Shown in pieces: positions 39,136-51,580 of a DNA stretch of 64,000 bases. The notes under the pieces were generated by a model, which ran no database searches, had not been told where the DNA came from, and was given only the letters and a program-made list of their open reading frames with translations. Positions within the stretch are counted from its first letter, which is position 1. Each line of letters starts with the position of its first letter. The stretch is from Azolla caroliniana (lineage: Eukaryota > Plantae > Polypodiophyta), in contig JBHGNT010000020.1 of assembly GCA_043228905.1 (NCBI GenBank), forward strand, positions 8,928,001-8,992,000, given 5' to 3'. The translations under genes were made by a program, and so were the position numbers.

Positions 39136-40761
39136 CCTTGGCTGGCCATTATGGCATTACAAAGACAGTCGAATTAATCTCACGAGGATATTGGTGGCCT
39201 TAACCATGGAAGTTTGTCAAGGAATTCATCAAGACATGTGATACTTGTGCTCAATCCAAAGTCATCGGCCATAGGCCATACGGGTTGCTCCAACCACTTC
39301 CCATTCCCAATTGGCCTTGGGCATCAATTTCCATGGATTTCATCACTGACTTGCCTCTAGTCCACGAATATGACACAATGCTTGTCATGGCTGATCGGTT
39401 TACAAAGATGGCTCATTTTGCTCCCTGTGTAAAGAATATTTCAGTAGAAGCAACAACCAATCTATTTTTAAAGAATGTGGTGCGGCTTCATGGGGTCCCG
39501 GGCGATGTCACCTCAGATCGCGGACCCCAATTTGTATCTCATTTTTGGTGACGACTCCTTCAAACACTGGGCACAACAATGAATTTTTCTTCGTCCTATC
39601 ATCCTCAAACCGATGGCCAAACAGAACGGGTGAACCAAATTCTCAAGCAATACCTCCGGTGCTCACTTAGCTACCAACAAGATGATTGGATTGACCTCCT
39701 ACCCCTAACAGAGTTCACATATAATAATACGCTACATGGTTCAACTAGGGTCACCCCATTTTTCGTCAACTATGGTTTCCATCCTCACTTCAGTATTTCC
39801 ATTCTTGGCAACTATGTCAACCCATCAGCAGAAGCACATGCTTGTATTTTAGCCGACATTCATCAAGACCTGTCCCTCAAGCTCATCCTTGAAGGAACCA
39901 GTACAAAACGCAAGCTGATCGACATTGCTAAGCCACACCCGCCTTTGCCATTGGTGATCAAGTTTGGCTCTTACGTTGCCATGTCGACACTACTCGACCA
40001 TGCGAAAAGTTGGACTACAAGAAGTTGGGGCCTTTCCGCATCAACCCTGTCACTTTTCGGCTGGAACTTCCTCCACATTTCCGGATTCATAATGTCTTCC
40101 ATGCCTGTCTTCTTGAACCTAATCATCCATCCACTATTCCTAGAAGATACTCTCCACCTCCACCCCCAATTGAGCTTTCCATAGGTGAGGAGTATGAGGT
40201 GGACAAGATTCTGGACTCTCGTTGGCATCAGCGACAAATTCAATACTTAGTCCTACGGAAAGGGTATCCCATTTCAGAGGCAACTTGGGAACCGGCTCAA
40301 CACTTGATGTTGTTCATGCATTTCATTACCAATGTCCACAAAAACTGGGGAGGGATCTTCGGAGGCGGGGAATAATGTCATGGACATGACATCAATCATG
40401 TCATGATTCAAACTTTTAACCTATTGTATCATAATCAATCGATATGTTTCAACCAACACATCCAATACATGGTCATATTACCTTAGTAGATTATTGTAGA
40501 TTATCTATTCAACGTGTAGGAGATTTTAGAAGCTTGTAGAAAGCTCTAGAAGTTGGAACGTTCCAGAAGCTTGTGCATGAAAATGAGTCTCTGCATGGAA
40601 CTACATTTAGAGCCCACAAATATGTATAAATACAGGGGTTCACCTTGGTGTTCGTCAAGGTGAACAACACATGTTACAAAAGCATAATTCAGTTCTTGTT
40701 CTCTTGTCTGTTCTCTCTGTCTCTCTGTCTCTCTCTCTCTCTCTGTCTCTCTCTCTCGACA
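39136..40761 (+). mobile_element. Chromovirus-type Ty3/gypsy 3' end: integrase, chromodomain, PPT, LTR ~40376-40761
   Basis: ISMDFITDLP, SDRGPQF, YHPQTDGQTERVNQ, GPF; chromodomain EEYEVDKILDSR...YLV..KGYPISEATWEP; purine run GGAGGCGGGGAATAA before TGTCA. Confidence 0.9.
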
Positions 40762-40920
40762 TGATCGCTTCCCATTTAGATCATGAGCATGGAAAGGGTT
40801 GTTGAATACATGCTTAAGGTTCAAAAAAGTCCCTCACATCGACTTCCTAGAATTGCATGGGAAGCAAGCAAAAAGATCCAAAAGATGCATAAAAGCAAAA
40901 TTTTGTGTTCCAACTAGATG
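40762..40920 (+). mobile_element. RTE-like LINE fragment (continues at 56092-56210)
   Basis: Reverse-complement homologue of ~12140-12297. Sequence resumes directly after copia C. Confidence 0.85.
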
Positions 40921-41204
40921 TGTTGGGAATATGTCCCTCCAGTGGGAGGATGATCCAACTGTTCCGAAAGCCGATAGTCGAAGAGTCGGAAAACAGGAGC
41001 CGAGTTGATGAGGAACTCGGCCGAGGCTGAAACCGGAATCAAGTAAATAGCCAACTCGGGAGACTATATTTGTAAATAGTCTTAGTGTGCACCCCATGAG
41101 GGCTACGTATGTAAATAACTAGAAAGTTGCGTAAGTATATATGCAACTATGGCAAACATGTTGTATGAGAGATGTAGGAACAGAAGAAGTCGAAAACTCT
41201 GTGC

Positions 41205-41245
<41 letters not shown>

Positions 41246-44200
41246 AAGTGAGAGCCGCGCCATAGTTGTGTGTGTAACAACAGACGCGAAGAGCCCTGTG
41301 TGGCTGATGAACTCGTGAGAGAGTGTTATATTCCTCTCGGTGGTGTATATCCACTATTTGTATAGTGATGTTTTGTTCTCGTGGTTTTTCCCATTTTAGG
41401 GTTTTCCATGTAAATCTCTGTGTACATCTGTTTATCTTGTTTTTCTAGCATTTTCTTGTGAATCGTATTTCAGCGCGTAGTTCCTTCATTGTGATTTATA
41501 TTCTGCAACGATTTCTCAACAAACTGGTATCAGAGCGTGAGGTGCAAGCATGGAAGGAGGTGTGAGCGGATTCCCAACTATGATAGTTCTAAACTCTCAG
41601 AACTATGCAGACTGGAAGATAACGATGGAGGACCTCCTCATAGTAAAAGACATGTACAAGCTAGTCGACAGAGCAAAAATACCCAGGGGGGTATTGGAGT
41701 CGGATTGGAAGCTCCTAAACAGAAAGGTCGTGACCACTATCCGACAATGCGTCAATGTAAGTGTCCTAAAGCATGTGGCGAACGACACAAATGCTTATGA
41801 AATGTGGCAGAAGCTGTCGGGTTTTTATGAGAGGAAGAACACGCTCAATAGAACCTCGTTGATGAGAAAGATCATATGGCTAAAATACAGAGACGGTGAG
41901 AGCATCGTCGAACACATCAACACATTTATGGGATATGTAAATCAACTTGCGGCGACCAAGTTCCCCCTGGATGATGCAATGTAGGCCATCCTGTTGATGT
42001 GCACATTGCCGGAAAGCTAGGAGAACCTGGTGGTTACTCTCAACACCTCCTATCAAGAAGAGAACTTGTGTTTACAGACGGTGAAGACAAGCATCCTAAA
42101 TGAGGAAGCAAAGAGGAAAGACAAAGGAGTCTTGTCCCAAACGGAGTCGAATCTGACTCAACATATGGACAGAGGAAGAGATCGGCGAAGAAGAAGTCCA
42201 CAGTGAACGGACAAATCCCACGCCAGATCGAAGTCCAGAGGTAAGCTTGTGTGCTTCTATTGCGGAAAACCTGGACACTTCCAAAAGGACTGCCGACACA
42301 TGAAGAAAGATAAGTCTGTCAGAAATAATGTCGAACCCCGGAAGATTCCAGATGAAAAGAACACTTCGGCCATCGCTACGAGCAATGAGGAACTTCTGTT
42401 CATCTGTGAATAGAAGAGTGCAAATCTTGCAAGCGAAGAGTGCACTTGGGTGATTGACTCCGGCGCATCCTTTCACATTACTCTGTCGAGAGAGTACTTC
42501 TCGACTTACATAGCCGGGAATCATGGCTATGTAAAGATGGGTGATAGTGGAGAGTGCAAGATAACCGGAGTTAGAAGTGTTTGCTTAACGATGTCAACAG
42601 GGTGTTGACTAACATTGAAGGATGTTCGACACGTCCCCTATATCAGATTGAATCTGATATCGATTGGAAGGCTTGACAACGAAGGCTACAGTGGTAACTT
42701 TTGGAATGGCAAGTGGAATTTCTGCCAAGGAAATCTCATAGTGGCCCGAGCACAGAAAGAAGGCACATTGTACATGATGCATGCCCGACTGTGCAAATCG
42801 GAAGTAAACATGGTAGCCGACTCGGCAGGGGATATATGGCATAAGAGGCTAGGCCACATGAGTGAGAAGGGAATGCACCTGTTAGCTTACCAAAAACTTC
42901 TACCAGAAGTCAAGGGAGTACACCTGGAGAAGTGTGTCAACTGCTTAGCCGGAAAGCAGAACAGGGCGGCATTCCACTTGAGACCACTGAGGAGAAGAGA
43001 AGTTGCACTGGAACTAGTGCACACAGATGTGTGCTATGTGGATGCCCCATCGCATCAAGGAGGACAATACTTTGTAACGTTTATTGAAGACTACATTCGG
43101 AAAACATGGGCCTTCTTACTGAAGTCGAAGGATCAAGTACTGTCAACGAACCGACAATGGTGGCGAGTACAGAGGGCAGTTTGAGGAATACTGCAAGTGC
43201 CAAGGTATTCACATCGAATACACTATGCCAAAGACCCTAGAGTTGAACAGGCTTGCAGAGAGGATGAATCGAACAATCATGGAGAGGGTAAGGAGCATGC
43301 TCTCTCATGCGAAACTGCCGAAATCCTATTGGGTTGAGGCGATGTACACAACTGTTTATCTTATCAACAGGTCTCCCTCAGTGCCATTAAAGGGTGATGT
43401 CCAACAGAGGGTGTGGATAGGGAAGGATGTCTCCTACCAACACCTGAGGGTGTTTGGATGTTTGGCATATATGCATGTGCCAAAGGATCATAGGCCAAAG
43501 CTCGATAGCAAGTCGAAAGCATGCATATTTATGGGATACTCAGAAGATTAGTTCGGCTACAGGTTGTGGGACCTAGTCGGCAAGAAGGTAGTGAGAAGTC
43601 GGGATGTAGTCTTTCTAGAAGACAAGACAACAGAAGACTGGAAGCAACAGAAGTCGGAATCAACTCCCCAGTCAACCTCGACTACCATCGACTTAAGGCC
43701 AAGTGAGTCATCACCGATAGTTGTAAGGAGACAGTTGGCCGACAGAGCCGAATTCAAGTCAATCGACGCAGAAAGACCAACAGACTATGAGTCAGAGTCG
43801 ACAGAGCTGCTGAAGTCAATTGATGAATATGAGTTGGAGTTATCCAACCTGGAGATGCCGATTGACGAGCAGAATCCCGAGCAAAGAGAAGAGTTGGTAG
43901 AGACATCCGGAATAGAGCCAACAACGAGTGGACGAAGGTACCCACTCAGAGAAAGGAAGGCACCGATTACATATGCCATTCAATACATCCTCTTGACTGA
44001 TGACGGTGAACTAGAGTGCTATGAAGAAGCCATTGCCGACGAGAGCAAAGAAAAATGGCTAAACGCGATGCAAGAGGAGATGGAATCCTTGCACACGAAT
44101 TACACCTACGACCTAGTAGAGTTGTCGAAAGGTAAGAGAGCACTCAAGAATAAATGGGTCTACAAGGTGAAGACTGGAGAAGTCAACAGTGAGCCCAGGT

Positions 44201-45347
44201 ATAACGCTCGCATAGTGGTGAAGGGTTTCCAACAGAAGATGGGCGTCGACTTTGATGAAATATTCGCACCAATCGTGAAGATGACATCGATTCAAACAAT
44301 TCTGAGCATAGCAGCCAACATGGATCTGGAGATCGAACAGTTGGATGTCAAAACCGCATTTTTGCACGGGGAGCTAGAAGTAGAAATCTACATGCAGCAA
44401 CCCGAAGGCTTTGAGGAGAAAGGGAAAGAGAATCTGGTGTGTCGACTGAGGAAAAGCTTGTATGGACTGAAACAAGCTCCACGCCAACGGTACTAGAAAT
44501 TCGAGTCCTTCATGATGGAACATTGGTTCCAGAAAACACAGGCCGATCACTATGTGTTCATAAAAAGGTACGAGGAAGGAGATTTCTTGATTCTCTTGCT
44601 ATATGTTGATGATATGTTGATAGTCGGCCAAGATGTAAGGAAGATTGGAAGCTTGAAGAAAGCTCTCAGCAAATCATTTGCCATGAAAGACCTTGGACCG
44701 GCAAAGCAAATCCTAGGAATGCACATAACCCAAGATAGAGCTCGGAAGGTGCTATGGTTTTCACAACAGAAGTATGTGACGAAGATCCTAGATAGGTTCA
44801 ACATATCGAATGCAAAGCCGGTCGGCTCAATTTTGCCAACAAATTGCAGACTAAATGCGAAGCAGTGTCCGAAAGGGCAGAAGGAAAAGGCTGAGATGAA
44901 GAAGGCACTGTTACCGGCCGACAAAGGAGTCCAGAGTGGGAAACGGAGAGCTAATTAAGTAGTAGGAATGTGGTTGTAATTAAGCTATGAGTGTGGACGG
45001 ACGGACCTGAATCGGTATGCCATTCCGGATCCGGACCGATCCCGAACAGGTGCGGATGGCACCGTTTTGTAATACAGACCGGAAACCTATTTAAAGGCCC
45101 GGATACAATGTAATAGAGGGCGGTTAATTAATGAAAGCTTAAGCGTTGTTATCTCTCTGTGTTAATTGCCGTTCTGTCTTAATTGTTATATCTTACGCGT
45201 GTTATGAAAGACGATCCTAATAAGTAACTTAACTAAGTCGGATTAAGTGTTGAAGTCTAATCCGGTTGCCGTAACACCCTTTGGTGAAGTGTCTCACGTA
45301 GACACCCTGTGTTAGGCCATTGTCCGGCCCGAAGAGTTAACACAGTT

Positions 45348-45358
45348 TTTGGCGACCA
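45348..45358 (+). promoter_or_regulatory. PBS of gypsy D, probably tRNA-Arg type
   Basis: TGGCGACCAC about 5 nt downstream of the 5' LTR end. Complementary to ...GUGGUCG-CCA, as I recall the plant tRNA-Arg(UCG) 3' end (not verified here). Confidence 0.7.
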
Positions 45359-45395
45359 CGATTCCTGTTTTTGCAGCGAACGACGGCACGGATGG

Positions 45396-48300
45396 ATGTC
45401 TAGATCAACGCACGACCTGGTTATAGATCGAACTCGACGTCTTGCCGAAAGGCAAAGGAGACGCGAGGCTTTCCACCAAGCGGCGCAGGAAATTAGAGCG
45501 GATTGCTCGTTTTCCAACATAATCCGGAGAGTAGCGGAGGACTCCCTCTGGTTACAGCAAACATCGCACCCGGACGACGGCAGCAGCCTAAGCAGCCTCC
45601 GGGAAACCAAATCCCTTCTCCACGCGTTGGCAACCGGAGAAGGCGAAGCAGAGGCCTTTTCAGCATATGAATCGGACTCCGAAGGGGAATACAGCGTGCA
45701 CACGAACTACCGTAGCAGCAACGAAACCCCGGGCGGACCGGAGGACGAAGGATCGGATACCTTACCGACACCGGAACCGGAACCGGAAGTGCTAACGCTG
45801 GAACCCCCGGAACCAGCAGAAGAAGAACGACCTCTGACACCGAAGTCGAAGAGGAGAGGCCTCCGTCACCAAAGGAAGAGAAACAACCGACACTGGAATC
45901 AAATCGGGAAAGACCACCGACACCGGAGAAAATTCCGGAACGAGCACCAACACTACCAGCCCGCGCACCGATACCGGACGACGACATGCCGTTCCAGTAC
46001 TCCAAGTATAGAGATGATCCGGACGCGGAAGCTCATGTGCACGCCTTTGAACAGACATGGGAAGCCAACCATGTGTCCCAGCGATTGACCCCAGAAGAAG
46101 AAGAACGCTCTAAGATAACGGAATTTAGCGTCACATTGGAGGGACCAGTAGCAAGATGGCGCCGGACGCAGGACCCATCTACCATCAACACCTTTGCAGA
46201 TTTAAAAGCTAAATTCATGCATTTTTTTCAAAAGGAGGTGGACCAGACCGTAATGGTAGGCTTATTTTATACCATCCGGCAAGAGGCAGGGGAGAGCATT
46301 CCCCAATTTGTCATCCGGTTTCAACGGATGCATAGTCAGCTTGCCCGTGCACCCCCGGAGGAGGAATTACGGACGATATTCCTAAACGCGCTCCGGGAAC
46401 CCCTACGGACAGTTTGCACGGTAATCGATTTCCGCACAAGTACCATCGACCAGGTCATTGACCGGGTGAAAGAGATGGAAAAGACAAGCTCCTGGCTCAC
46501 ACTGGGCGCACTTCAACGAGCGTTACCGTCCGATGAAGACCTCCGGCTTCGGCAAGCAATACAGTGCACAAACTGCTTGAATTCCGGACACTCGGCTCTA
46601 GAATGCACTAAAAGGACGCAATGTGTAATCTGTCAATCCAAGAGCCATACGACGGATAGGTGCGAGTATAATCTGTTGACTCAGCAAGCACCGCCCGTCC
46701 GACAAATTGAGCCACGCAGCAGCCGGGATGAAGAAGACGAACACTGGCGGCGAATGGACCGTGGCCGACCGGCACAGGATGTCCGGTATGGCGAGCGACG
46801 GGAAAATGATGTCCGGTATGGCGAGCGACGGGAAAATGATGTCCGGTATGGCGATCAACGGGAAAATGATGTCTGGTACGGTGATCGGCGAGAGAACTAT
46901 GACCGGCATAATCGGTACCAGGATTACAATAGACGATACGAACAGTACGACCGAGAGCACTCGCCCGGGTATCGTCAACAACGGGAGGAATACGGCAGAT
47001 ATAACGGGCAACCCCATCAAGAGTACCGTAATAAGAAGAGCTATAACAAAAAACGGCATTTTAAAAAAGGCGGCTACCCTCGGGATCCGGAACAAGGAGC
47101 TCCAAGTAGCCAACCGGTACAAAACCCCGCGCGTACCGTAGGACCTGCCCCGGGTACAACAGACAATGCCGAATCTAGCAATGCCCGGAAAGCCTACTGC
47201 TACTACTGCCGATAGGAAAGCCATTATAGTAACCAATGCCCGGTGAAGAGATATGAAAAACGACCGACGGTAAATATGGTAGTCCCTGAGGTGGCAGACC
47301 TGCAGCAGGTGACCACAAGGTCGAAGGGCATGGCCAAAGAATGGGAGACACAGGAGACCATCCGGAAACAAGCAACGGAATGGGTAAAAAAAGCAAACGA
47401 GCAGAATGTCACAGACTTACAGCAGCAAAAGGAGAACACCGCAGGGCTTGCCGGCGGTAGTCACTCCGAGAACGAGACATGGCAGGCGTTGCAAGAATGC
47501 CAGATTACGTTACCACTAGGAAGACTCCTACAACTCGTGCCAAGATTCACGGAAGGACTGAAGACGGCCATGACGGCAGGAGAACCATCACCGGCACAGA
47601 TACTCTTCTCGAATCCGGAGGAGGGACCAACAGTGGTAGACACCAGCAGTCCGGTAATCACGGCCATTGTAAAAGGGAAAGAACTCCCCGACACAGTTAT
47701 AGACGGAGGCTCTGGGGTAAATGTAATAAGCCTCCGGACGTGTGAGGACCTAGGAATCCACGAGTGGGAGCCGTGTCCGTTTTGGTTGCAGATGACCGAT
47801 ACAAGCTTAGTGCGGCCGACAGGATTAATACGGAAATTAGAAGTCACCGTCGGCAGGCATACATTTCACATCTCGGCCGTAGTGCTACAATTACAGGCAC
47901 AAGGCGCATACCCGCTATTGCTGGGGCGGCCATGGTTGAAAACGGCACATATCAAACAGAATTGGCGAAAAAATATAATTACCTTACGGCGAGGAAAAGC
48001 CAAGGTACGGGTACCAACACAACCAAGGATGAGCACTGGCAAGGAATATACACCGTTGTATGCGGAATGCGTCAACATGCTAGAAGGGTTAGCGGACGAA
48101 GAAGAAGCTCAGTACCTGCAGGAAAACCCGAAGATCATACCCCTCTTCGAAATTGACATTGCCGAAGCCATAGCACCATACTTACCACAACCGAAAGAGG
48201 CAGAAGCAGAACCGGATAAAGACACAATCCGGGAGTTACGACAAGCGTAGGAAGTGTTGGAACGGGAAATGGCCGTTTCACAGCGCGTAAAAGCATCGCA

Positions 48301-51199
48301 ACTGGAAGAGGTGAATTTAGGCACCACGGATGAAGCAAAACTGGTGCACATCGCCAAGGAGATGAAGTCCAAAGACAAAACGACGATGATAACACTTCTC
48401 ACGGAATTCCGGGATGTGTTTGCCTGGTCATATGAGGATATGCGAGGACTCGACCCTCAGTTATACCAGCATCAAGTGCACTTGAGCAAGGACGCAAAAC
48501 CAGTGGCACAAAGACGGTACCGGATGAATCCCAATTATGCTACCAAGGTCAAGGAAGAAATCGACAAACTGCTAAGAGTTGGCTTTATCCGTTCGGTAAA
48601 GAAAGCGACATGGCTGAGCCCCATCGTAGTCGTACCGAAGAAGAACGGAAAAATTCGAGTTTGTGTGGACTACCGGAAACTCAATGCGGTTACGGTAACG
48701 GATGCGTTTCCACTTCCGTTCACAAATGGAGTGTTGGATGCCATCGCCAGCCATGAGGTCTATAGCTTCCTAGACGGATTCAGCGGGTATAATCAGATCC
48801 GGATGCACCCCGACGACCAGGAGAAAACAACATTCATCACCGAATGGGGGGTGTTTGTGGCCGTGGTGATGATGTTCGGACTCAAAACGGCACCGGCAAC
48901 GTTTCAACGAATCATCATGGAAATCTTTGGTGAATATATACCGGCTTTTATGCAAGTTTTCCTTGATGATTTCACCTTCTATAGCCGGGAGGAGGACCAT
49001 TTTCAGCACCTCTGTCTTTGTCTAGAAAAGTGTAGAGCGTACCGGCTAAGCTTGAATCCGGCAAAGTGTGTATTTGGCGTGTCCAGTGGAACTTTATTAG
49101 GACATATCGTGAGCCAGGAAGGTATTGCAGTCGACCCGGACAAAGTGAAAGCCATATTAGAAGCACCGGCGCCGGCAACGGCAAAGGCATTGAGCCGGTT
49201 CTTAGGCCAGATCCGGTGGCACAGCCGGATGCTCCGATACTTGGCCGACCTGGCTACATTGTTGCATGCCGCCGTACATCGGACACCATTCCAGTGAACC
49301 GATACTGAGGATAGGGCGTATAAGGCCCTCAAGGTACTATTGTCGCAGGCACCGGTAGTATAACCTCCAGATTGGAGTAAAGAATTTCACCTGTTCGTGG
49401 ACACCTCCGACATCGCAATCGGAAGCGTACTGATGCAGCTTATGGAACCAAAGTGGTACCAGCTAGTGTACTATGCCAGCCGGAAGCTATCCCAAGCAGA
49501 ACGGAACTACTCTACTACGGAACGGGAAACTCTAGGAATGATCTACAGTGTGACAAAGTTTCGGCACTATTTATTGGGAAGGAAGTTTTCCTTCCATGTA
49601 GATCATTCGGCACTCCTTTACCTGGTGTCCAAAGCGTCACTCACCGGCAAATTGGCCCGGTGGACCTTATTGTTACAGGAGTTCGAGTTTGAAATATTCC
49701 ACTGACCTGGTATACAGCATGCCGTAGCGGATTACTTAAGCCGATTAGAGTCCGGAGAGACGGGTGACGGAGTACCGGATGAGTTTCCGGATGCGGAGCT
49801 GTTTCGAGTCACTACGGAGACGGCAACAAATGAGACAGTGGCCCAGGAAGACAAGTGGCTCACAAATATGCACCAGTTTCTGAGCACAGGACTGCCTCCG
49901 GAAGAGCTGAACCGGGACGAACGGAAATGCCTGGCGGTACAAAGCCGACATTTCTGCTTACTGCAAGACACACTGTACCACAAGGGCGTTGACGGCATAT
50001 GGAGACGGGCGGTGCGCAGCGATGAAAAGGAACTGATACTGAGGGAAGCCCACTGCGGAGTTGCCGGAGGTGACTATGCCGGAGATGCAACAGCCAGAAA
50101 AATATGGCAAAGTGGCCTATGGTGGCCAACGACATTAAGAGATGCGGTACGGTACGCAAAAGAATGTGACCTATGCCAGAGAATGGGCCAACCAACGAAG
50201 CAGGCTCGTATGCCACACCAGCCGGTACTACCACTCGAGCCATTCCAAAAGTGGGGGTTGGACTTTGTAGGACCGTTCAAGCCACCGGAATCGGTATGTT
50301 ATCGTTGCTACGGATTACTGCACGAAATGGGTGGAGGCCAAAGCTTTACTGGATAACACCATTGCGTCAATGACAAAGTTTCTATATGAGTACATCTGGT
50401 GCCGTTACGGATGCCCCATTGAATTGATAAGTGACCAAGGGGGGCACTTTCTCAGACAAGTAGTGGAAAGCCTAACGACCTTCTATGCCGTGGTCCACAA
50501 ACGAAGCACACCTTACTATCCACAGGCGAACGGATTAGCGGAATCAACAAACAAGACGCTCCAGAACATCCTTCGGAAGATCGTCAACGAGAACCAGATG
50601 GATTGGGACACAAAGCTACATAGCCGCTTTGGGCATACCAGACGACATACAAAACGAGCATCCGAACAACACCGTTCCGGTTGGCGTTCGGACTCGAGGT
50701 GGTCATGCCGGTAGAATTTCAAGTACCTAGCTTACAGATCCAGCTACGAGAACGGCTGAACGAGAAGGAGTCGGAGACAATAAGGTTGACAGCGCTGTGT
50801 GAGCTGGAGGAACAACGGTTGGCCAGCATCCTACATTTAGAATTGGAGCAACGGTGACGGAAAGCATTCGTCGACCGGCACAGGAAAGGTAACGAAAAAA
50901 TGTTCGCAATCGGCAAACCGGTGTTAGTATTCCAAACCCGGATGGGCAAGATGCCAGGTAAACTAAGGTTTAGATGGGCCGGACCATATTGGCTAACACG
51001 GGAGTATAATGGGTCCTACCAGTTGGGGACACTTGCCAGCGAAGTGCTGGGCAAATGGATCAACGGATTCCGGTTAAAGGCATATAGAGGACCGATGCCT
51101 AAGAACCCGTTTGAGCAAAGGACCGACGGCAGAGACGGCAAGCCGGGAACCGGAGAGAATGAGGCCGGTAAGGGTCCGGGAGGACCAACGGACATGTGA
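45396..51199 (+). pseudogene. Gypsy D gag-pol polyprotein (originally one ORF; several nonsense codons and small indels)
   Basis: ORFs 45986, 47243, 48254, 49397 and 49838 share one frame. Protease IDGGSGVN, RT LDGFSGYNQI/FLDDF, RNase H DTSDIAIG..ERE, integrase WGLDFVGP/SDQG/QANGLAE, GPY. Confidence 0.93.
46778..46897 (+). repeat. 30-bp coding tandem repeat x4 in gag (DVRYGERREN)
   Basis: Unit GATGTCCGGTATGGCGAGCGACGGGAAAAT: two exact and two diverged copies. Confidence 0.95.
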
Positions 51200-51580
51200 C
51201 GACACACTAATAATAATAATAACTGAAAAAAAAAAAAAAAAAAAAAACAATCATGCAAAAGCGAGGAATGAATGGATGAAAGAGCGTGGAGCGAAAAGGT
51301 ACGTAGTGGGCATTTAAAGCACCACCACAGGACATAATGCTATTTTAAGTACGCGACATGCACAAACTCGAAAAAAGGCGCCAGAATGCATAGACAAAAA
51401 CCATTGCGCGTAGAGACCCTCTACTTTCGCGAACCTAGGAGCACAGAAGCACCGAAACGCTGCAAGATCATCAGACGAGAACCTGCGCACAGAGAACCCC
51501 CGACTTCTGAACTCTCTCTTTCTCAACCCCACTCTCATCACCATCCATCCTCGTCACCGCAATCCGACCCCGACACAGAG

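Noticed and set aside
47213-47215. Programmed readthrough stop between gag and pol
   Set aside because: The TAG lies inside a zinc knuckle, and E has a sense codon there; it fits a simple point mutation.
46598-47371. Antisense ORFs such as this 257-aa one, and the many short ORFs in the track
   Set aside because: Shadow frames of GC-rich coding or repeat sequence with no recognisable motifs.
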